Assembly: GCA_965197475.1 (NCBI GenBank)
Contig: CBDANF010000003.1
Coordinates: 1,952,001-2,016,000, forward strand
Reading direction: 5' to 3'
Source of the DNA: Candidatus Poribacteria bacterium
GTDB lineage: Bacteria; Poribacteria; WGA-4E; WGA-3G
DNA length: 64,000 bases
Shown here: positions 57,628 to 64,000 of the stretch, piece by piece
Position numbering within the stretch: the stretch's first letter is position 1
How the letters are laid out: the number at the start of each line of letters is the position of its first letter
Program-made: the position numbers and the translations under genes
The notes under the pieces: generated by a model
The model's input: the letters and a program-made list of their open reading frames with translations, nothing else
What the model was told of the DNA's origin: nothing
Databases searched by the model: none

Positions 57628-58809
57628 ATGCACACATTTTTACGCTTACATTTTTTATGCCTTCTTCTGATAATTTTGGGACTACTGAGTTTCTCACTAT
57701 CAGTTTTCGCAGAAGAAGCCTCTGACGAGAACATCGCTACCAAAAGCCCACAGTACCCAGAAACATCTACTTATAAATTACAAATTGGCGACAGTATTGT
57801 TGTTACGGTTGAGGGGTATCCTGAATATACCAAAGACCGCTCCCCTATTCCGATTCAACCGGATGGATTTATCTCCTATCCGCTTATTGGACTTATCAAG
57901 GCAATAGGTTTGACAGTTCCAGAACTTGAGGCGCAGATGCAGCAGGTTTTTTCCAAAAAACTTCCAAGTGTACGAGTGTTTGTTACCCTGATGCAACCGA
58001 GACGGAACATTTTGGTGTTTGGAGCAGTTGAACGCAGACCAAGAGGAAACATGCATGTTTTTGAAACTGGACAGGTGTATCTGATGCATGCTTTGGCAGC
58101 GGCTGGTGTCAACAACGAACTTGCGGATCTCACACAAATTGCTATATGGCGCGACGGTAAGGTTTTTAAAACGGTTAATTTTCAAGAACATATTGAATCA
58201 GGAGACTTAGATATCCCTTTGAAGGATTACGATATCGTCATTGTCCCATCTATTTATGCACAACGGCGGATTCGGATAATTGGGGCTGTGACAACTCCGG
58301 GCTATTATTCGATAACGAATCTACAAATCCCGGTAACCCAAGCATTGAAACTCGCTGGCGGTGCCAAATCAGAATTTGCAGACTTAAAAAAATCTGAGAT
58401 CATTAACGATATTGGAAATACACCTGTGGATCTCACTTCTGAAAACATAGCCGTTGTGTTGTTGCATGGAGAGACTTTATATATTCCGCTTGCAGATACC
58501 AAAATCAGTGTTGTTGGTGCAGTTGAAAAGCCAGATCAATACATAATTACTGAGCCGATCCTTCTAAGAGATGCTGTTGCAATGGCTGGCGGGTTAGATG
58601 AGGCAAAAGCGAACCCAAAAAAGTGTATTCTCACACGAGCGGATGGGACACAAGAAGAAATTAACTTCATTTTGGCACAATCAGAGGTTTATCTCCAACC
58701 GAACGACCAACTCCGAATTTTAGAACGAACACGTATAGATTGGCGAGTGCTGAGTTTCGCTGCTTCACTGATCAACTTGGTCGTTAGCGTTTGGCTCAGA
58801 TATGGATAG
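57628..58809 (+). CDS. Polysaccharide export protein with SLBB domains (Wza-like)
   Basis: YKLQIGD, PDGFISYPLIG.IKA.GLT, repeated GAV..PG/PD...AL..AGG SLBB units, C-terminal amphipathic helix. Confidence 0.9.
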   Translation: MHTFLRLHFLCLLLIILGLLSFSLSVFAEEASDENIATKSPQYPETSTYKLQIGDSIVVTVEGYPEYTKDRSPIPIQPDGFISYPLIGLIKAIGLTVPELEAQMQQVFSKKLPSVRVFVTLMQPRRNILVFGAVERRPRGNMHVFETGQVYLMHALAAAGVNNELADLTQIAIWRDGKVFKTVNFQEHIESGDLDIPLKDYDIVIVPSIYAQRRIRIIGAVTTPGYYSITNLQIPVTQALKLAGGAKSEFADLKKSEIINDIGNTPVDLTSENIAVVLLHGETLYIPLADTKISVVGAVEKPDQYIITEPILLRDAVAMAGGLDEAKANPKKCILTRADGTQEEINFILAQSEVYLQPNDQLRILERTRIDWRVLSFAASLINLVVSVWLRYG

Positions 58810-58868
58810 AAGAGAACAGCAATCAACGGAAAGATCAATGTTCTCTCTTTCATTCTTTTAAATATTTA

Positions 58869-58957
58869 TACCAAATTAACTTGATCCCACTCGGTAGGTA
58901 CGGTTTCTAACCGCACCTAATACCAAGAAAAATGAGATAAATCAAGTTAATTTGAGA
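58869..58957. mobile_element. TACCAAATTAAC-family MITE with a GTAG REP, between wza and wzc
   Basis: CAAATTAACTTGAT / ATCAAGTTAATTTG inverted repeat; internal GTAGGTACGGTTTCTAACCGCACC. Confidence 0.75.
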
Positions 58958-58971
58958 TTATATGGAATTAG

Positions 58972-61368
58972 ATGAGTATATGGAACAGGATGAGGAAAAT
59001 GCCAGAAACTACCGATAGAAAACTTGAAGAAATTACTGAAATCCGACTATTAGATTATTTTTGGATACTTTTCCGGAATAAATGGAGTGTCCTTTTAATA
59101 TTTTTTCTTTGCGTGTTGGCTGCATTTCTCATTACTGACACCACGCCAAAGGTTTATCAATCCGAAACGACCCTTCGTATACTTGACGGTCAACCACCTA
59201 CTTCGTTAATATCAGGGCTCCCATTATCAGGAATCCTTAAGGGGACATCGTTAGGGACGTACGTTACCCTACTACAATCACGAGACTTAATTATCGCGCC
59301 AACAGTCCAACAACTCATAGATGAAGGACTGTTAGAACCAAGACCTATTCACAGAGGTAAAACTGTGGTGGAGTTGGCAAATCTTCTGAACATTGAATTA
59401 GATTCGTCCGTTACCGAGCAAGGTGAACTCTCTGATACAGAGTGGAGAGACTATTTCATTAAGACACTTATTGATGAGAAATTGAAGGTTGAAGAGTCCC
59501 AGGATGGGAACATGATTTCCCTCACGGTGAAGCAGCAGAAACCAGAAGACGCGCAGCTTTTGTGTAACAGAATTGCGACTACACTTGTGGAAACAATTGA
59601 AGCGGAAAAAGAGCAAGATATGAAATGGTGGGAAAAACCGCTTCCGCAGACAATGCTCAATGAAGCAATACAGAAACTGAAAACATCTGAAAAGGAACTC
59701 TTTGATTTTCAGAAAGATAATTCTGAACTAACCTTAAATGCTGAGAGTGGCACACAAGCACAACTCGTTTTAGCCCTACAGTTAAGTGAAAACGAATTAG
59801 CAAGTCAACTGATTGGGGCTGAATTGAAACATGATTCTTATAAAGAAGACTTGAAGGACGTTGAAGAGGAACTAATCTCTGAAACAGTCGCGAGAAATCC
59901 TTCATATTCGAAACTGCAAGATAACTTGAACGAATATGAAATTGAAAAAAAAGCACTTATTGGAAAATACGGAGATGTAACACATCCTGAAATTACCTCT
60001 TTGAATGAAAAAATAAATGAGACGAAAGAGCGCCTTCAAGGCGAGGAAAAAGAGATAAAAAGTACAACTTCCTCTTATAACCCCTTATACCAAGTTCTTG
60101 CACAAAAGGTTAATGAAACTGAAGCGGCAATTATTAGTCTTAAGAAGCAAAAGGCGGAGGTATCCGCTGAAATTGATAAACGTATCAAGGAGGTCGGTGG
60201 ATGGTCAGAGAAACATCTCGACTTGTTTCGGTACAAGCGGAATGTCGAAATATACAGCGCGCAGGTTATTACTTTAGAGGCGAAAATACGGGAGTCACAA
60301 ATTGTCGCAGAAGCACGTACTGATAGTATCAAGGTGTTAGATCAAGCGCGTCTATCTGAAGAGCCTATAAAACCACGGATGAAGATCAATCTTGTTTTAG
60401 GGGCGATGCTTGGTGGTTTGCTCGGACTTACATTTGCTGTTGTCAAAAATTATTTCAAAGACACTTATTTGCGATTAGAAGACTCTGTTCGTCAATTGGA
60501 TTCGTTGGCAGAACCTCCCAGTTTCCTTGGCGTAATTCCATCCATAAAAAAACGGAGTGCATACCAGATTCCACTCATAGTTAATGACGCACCTAATTCC
60601 AGAGCAGCGGAAGCATTTAGAGTACTTGTAGCGAAACTACCATTTCTCAACCTCGGTAGCGAGTTGAAAACTGTTCTCGTCACGAGTTCTACGCGCGGAG
60701 AAGGTAAAAGTACTATTTCTTCTAATCTTGCAGCTGCGTTCGCACAAAAAGGTAGCAAGGTCCTGCTAATTGATGCTGATATGCGCAGACCTTCTCAACA
60801 CACAATTTTTCCACCAGGGCAGTTACTTCAGATTACAGCACAAGATGAAATAGATATAGGCGATAGTGATACATCTGAGACGCATGAGGTTACCCACAGT
60901 GACCCACGTAAACCGGGGTTGAGCGAGGTATTAATTACCATAAACTCAGAAAATAGTTATGATGTTCTACAGTCAACAGTCAGGCAGACCGGTATCCCTA
61001 ATTTACATTTTATGCCGGGTGGAACTGTTCCGCCAAATCCAATTGAATTATTGAATTCAGACATGATGACGCAATGGCTTGAAGTGGCAAAATCAGAGTA
61101 CGATGTAATAGTGATTGATTCTCCACCCGTGCGTGCTGTAGCGGATCCAGTTATTTTGGCAACTGTCGTTGATGCTGTCGTTTATGTGTTTGACATAACG
61201 AAAACCAAACGTTTTGATGTGTTGACAGGGATCAGACATCTTAAGGATGTCTTACCGGAGAAGTGTATCGGGGTGGTGTGTAACATGATAAATCCGAAAC
61301 ACGCCAAATCTTATGGATACTATAATAGACATGCTGGTTATTATGAACTAACAGATGAGAGGAGTTAA
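58972..61368 (+). CDS. Polysaccharide co-polymerase / tyrosine autokinase (Wzc-like)
   Basis: Two TMs with a coiled coil, EAFR, GEGKST, LIDADMRRP, PPNP.ELL, VIDSPP, Tyr-rich tail YGYYNRHAGYY. Confidence 0.93.
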   Translation: MSIWNRMRKMPETTDRKLEEITEIRLLDYFWILFRNKWSVLLIFFLCVLAAFLITDTTPKVYQSETTLRILDGQPPTSLISGLPLSGILKGTSLGTYVTLLQSRDLIIAPTVQQLIDEGLLEPRPIHRGKTVVELANLLNIELDSSVTEQGELSDTEWRDYFIKTLIDEKLKVEESQDGNMISLTVKQQKPEDAQLLCNRIATTLVETIEAEKEQDMKWWEKPLPQTMLNEAIQKLKTSEKELFDFQKDNSELTLNAESGTQAQLVLALQLSENELASQLIGAELKHDSYKEDLKDVEEELISETVARNPSYSKLQDNLNEYEIEKKALIGKYGDVTHPEITSLNEKINETKERLQGEEKEIKSTTSSYNPLYQVLAQKVNETEAAIISLKKQKAEVSAEIDKRIKEVGGWSEKHLDLFRYKRNVEIYSAQVITLEAKIRESQIVAEARTDSIKVLDQARLSEEPIKPRMKINLVLGAMLGGLLGLTFAVVKNYFKDTYLRLEDSVRQLDSLAEPPSFLGVIPSIKKRSAYQIPLIVNDAPNSRAAEAFRVLVAKLPFLNLGSELKTVLVTSSTRGEGKSTISSNLAAAFAQKGSKVLLIDADMRRPSQHTIFPPGQLLQITAQDEIDIGDSDTSETHEVTHSDPRKPGLSEVLITINSENSYDVLQSTVRQTGIPNLHFMPGGTVPPNPIELLNSDMMTQWLEVAKSEYDVIVIDSPPVRAVADPVILATVVDAVVYVFDITKTKRFDVLTGIRHLKDVLPEKCIGVVCNMINPKHAKSYGYYNRHAGYYELTDERS

Positions 61369-61388
61369 GAGTTTCCCTTATAAATCGT

Positions 61389-62231
61389 TTAGGATTCCAT
61401 CTTTCCTAAAGCTGCGGGGGGACGCGATCTACCGACAAGTCCGGCAAGCACAATCATAGTTAAAATATATGGAAAACTTTTTATCAACTGATCCGGTATT
61501 TTCCATTGGTTAGCAAGCTCTAAAGAACCTGCGAATCCGAAGAGAAGACATGCAGCAACCCCATAGAGCGGACGCCAATTACCGAATATGACTGCTGCTA
61601 ACGCTACATACCCTCTCCCTCCTATTATACCTTTGGTGAAGATATGGACATCGGATGTTAAAAAGCAACCACCAATTCCTGCAAGGATGCCGCTCAAGAT
61701 TACACCGAGATACTGCCACTTAGCGCGACTTAAGCTGAGCGTTTTGAGTGCCTCAGTTGATTCACCCGCAGCACGCAACCGCAACCCCCAAGGTGTTTTG
61801 AAAAGCGCAATATGGCTTGTCAACATCAATATAGGCACGAGGCACACAAGAATACTGTAGGAACCGATAATTGGCAGCTGCAACTCTGGTAACCCCGGTA
61901 CCCTTTCAGAGGTTGGCACGAGATACTCTATGATACCCAACGCCAGAATGTTAATCGCAATACCCGTGACAATTTGCTCAGCATGAAAAGTAATTGTGGC
62001 AACAGCATGCAACAATGCTAATGCAATCCCAAAACCGACACCAACAGATAATCCAACCCATGCTGAACCTGATGCCTGTGCACCGACTACATAACCGTAC
62101 GCTCCAATCAGCATCAAACCTTCCAAAGCGATATTAATAATACCTGAACGTTCGGAATAAATTCCACCGAGCGCAGCAAAACCTAACGGTGTTGTCATTC
62201 GTAATGTGCTTGGAATCAGTTCAAAAATCAT
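61389..62231 (-). CDS. ABC transporter permease (nucleoside/BMP-type)
   Basis: SERSGIINIALEG, GLRLRAAGE, GRGYVALAAVIFGNW, PYILT, PAALG. Confidence 0.93.
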   Translation of the reverse strand: MIFELIPSTLRMTTPLGFAALGGIYSERSGIINIALEGLMLIGAYGYVVGAQASGSAWVGLSVGVGFGIALALLHAVATITFHAEQIVTGIAINILALGIIEYLVPTSERVPGLPELQLPIIGSYSILVCLVPILMLTSHIALFKTPWGLRLRAAGESTEALKTLSLSRAKWQYLGVILSGILAGIGGCFLTSDVHIFTKGIIGGRGYVALAAVIFGNWRPLYGVAACLLFGFAGSLELANQWKIPDQLIKSFPYILTMIVLAGLVGRSRPPAALGKMES

Positions 62232-63325
62232 CCGTTATTTCTCTTTGAAAGACCTTCCATACAGACTAACCCGATAATCAATAATCCTTGACCAGCGAGA
62301 AATAAACCGCGCGGTACTTCTAAGGTAAGTTCAATATCCAAGGCAACTTTATTAAGTAAACCGAACAACAACGCAGCTGCAAAAACGCCAAATGGGTGAT
62401 TTCTTCCTAAAAGTGCAACAGCAATTCCAGTGAAACCCCAGCCAGATGAGAAACTATCTAAAAACCTATAATGATATCCCATAACGTCTGCGACACCTGC
62501 CAGTCCTGCAATTGCGCCACTAAGTGCCATTACCCACACAGTTACCACGCGAGGATTTATGCCGCCGTATGCTGCAACTTCTGGCGCGTTCCCAACTAAA
62601 CGGAGTTCATATCCCCACCGAGTATGCTTTAAAAAGATATAACAGATTACGACACAAAGACACGCTATCAGAAAACTGGCATCCAAAAGATTGCTCTGCG
62701 GAAGGAAAGGTAAAACACCAGCTAAACGGGGAAGTCGTGCTGCCTCATGAATCTGAGATGTTTGTGGAATCATCTGTCCGGGTTCACGGTAAACAGATGT
62801 GACAAGGAAATTCGTTAGGGCAAACGCAATGAAGTTCATCATAATTGTGTTAATAACTTCATGCGCGCCGAATTTCGCTTTTAGAAAGCCAGGTACTGCG
62901 CCCCAAGTAGCACCCCCAATTAGTGCAGCTGCTATGCAAAAGGGTATTAACAAAATTGAAGGTAGGTTCAGATGTATACCTACCCACGTAGCAGCAAAGG
63001 CAGCAACATAGAGTTGCCCTTCGCAACCGATATTAAACAATCCGCCCTTATATCCAATAGCGACAGCAAGACCGGTGAAAATTAGCGGTGTTGAATTAAA
63101 TAACACACTGCCGACTTCGTCAACACTGGAGAACCCACTGATTAAAATTGTCGTATAAAATTCCTTGGGGTTCTGCCCTCTCAAGATCAGCACAATCCCG
63201 CATAAAAGAAAAAATCCGCAGATAGCAAGTAGCTGCGGCAAACAGTTACCAAGCAATTGTCGAATCTGAAAAACTGTGTTATTGAACAGCTTATTAATGG
63301 ATTGGTGGATATTCAAAATTTTCAC
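62228..63325 (-). CDS. ABC transporter permease (nucleoside/BMP-type)
   Basis: TPLIFTGLAV, GLFNIGCEGQ, EVINTIMMNF, GFTGIAVALLGRNHP; exact start uncertain. Confidence 0.93.
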   Translation of the reverse strand: MKILNIHQSINKLFNNTVFQIRQLLGNCLPQLLAICGFFLLCGIVLILRGQNPKEFYTTILISGFSSVDEVGSVLFNSTPLIFTGLAVAIGYKGGLFNIGCEGQLYVAAFAATWVGIHLNLPSILLIPFCIAAALIGGATWGAVPGFLKAKFGAHEVINTIMMNFIAFALTNFLVTSVYREPGQMIPQTSQIHEAARLPRLAGVLPFLPQSNLLDASFLIACLCVVICYIFLKHTRWGYELRLVGNAPEVAAYGGINPRVVTVWVMALSGAIAGLAGVADVMGYHYRFLDSFSSGWGFTGIAVALLGRNHPFGVFAAALLFGLLNKVALDIELTLEVPRGLFLAGQGLLIIGLVCMEGLSKRNNG

Positions 63326-63706
63326 AGAAATGTGAAATCTAAGTCACAAAAAATTGACAGTTAATCTCAAACGTGATATTATGTATTAGGTATAAACGCT
63401 GATAAGACTTACATCGTTTTCTATTTATCAAGCTACAACTTGTGTCAGTATAGCACAGATTAGGTATTAAAACAATTTGTTTTAATACCTACCAATTTCA
63501 AATTTTGGTAGGAGTGAACGGGTTGCTTTTTATCAAGACATTTACTACGCACCAGAATAGCCAGTTCTTCTTTCGAATGCTTGACACACATAGTGCACAT
63601 CCGACAAGTCTGTGAAAGGCGTTTTTGACCCCATATTTAAGATTGATTCATCCCTCTATTTACTCATACTACAAAACCTTCATAAAATCAAGACGCAAGG
63701 CAAAAT

Positions 63707-64000
63707 ATGATGAAAAACGTGCAACTATCTAACGCTAAGATTGACACAAAAAACTTTCCCGCAGCTTTGGGGGGAACGCCTGTATTTGAAATATCAGAAG
63801 AGGCACCATTTCCGAAACTGGATCAATGGCAGCAAATCACCGAAGCAGAAGCACAGGTTGCTTACGAAATGACGCTACGGAACGAACTGTCTGGCAGGTC
63901 TCCCACTGTTCAGGAATTTGAGCGAGTATGGCGCAACAGACACCAGACTCAATTCACCATGAGTCTGAGCAACGGAACTGCTGCAATACATAGTGCAATG
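63707..64000 (+). CDS. DegT/DnrJ/EryC1/StrS aminotransferase, partial
   Basis: Manual translation MMKNVQ...AALGGTPV...VQEFERVW...SNGTAAIHSAM, open to the window end. Confidence 0.85.
   Translation, partial: MMKNVQLSNAKIDTKNFPAALGGTPVFEISEEAPFPKLDQWQQITEAEAQVAYEMTLRNELSGRSPTVQEFERVWRNRHQTQFTMSLSNGTAAIHSAM

Noticed and set aside
63380-63706. Riboswitch in the long leader of the DegT-like gene
   Set aside because: Only weak AT-rich stems (e.g. TAGGTATTAAAAC/GTTTTAATACCTA); no recognisable aptamer consensus.

Overview
Bacterial chromosomal window of moderate GC, most likely Candidatus Poribacteria. That assignment is an inference from the signal-peptide WD40 proteins with an LPEGAIARLGKG N-terminus, a TolB-like protein ending in VEPKQKLTTTWGDVK, and sulfatase/MBL richness. 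Core genes: purS, mutS2-dnaG-rpoD, three tRNAs, argF, thrC, rnhC-like, thiI, ADP-heptose/LPS genes, wza-wzc and ABC permeases. Most notable: (1) a 2140-aa SprA/Sov-like (type IX secretion translocon) gene with Gly/Tyr/Ser-rich inserts, in the same window as a protein with a short non-T9SS C-terminal tag, suggesting a T9SS-related export route with its own signal; (2) two direct repeat-spacer-direct repeat units with the same 66-nt period (8988-9082, 9398-9490), resembling ectopic CRISPR spacer integrations, one of which inactivates a gene; (3) a tRNA-Val-adjacent locus of an orphan sigma factor, a secreted Ig-like protein, a beta-propeller and three or four related beta-sandwich modules in different states of decay; (4) an ISKra4-type element whose left terminal repeat is split by an IS1595 and an IS701 element, both with intact target duplications; (5) about a dozen MITEs from six terminal-repeat families, nearly all carrying REP-like hairpins. 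No CRISPR array, rRNA, integrase or reverse transcriptase is visible. All family assignments come from motif recognition by eye, not database searches.
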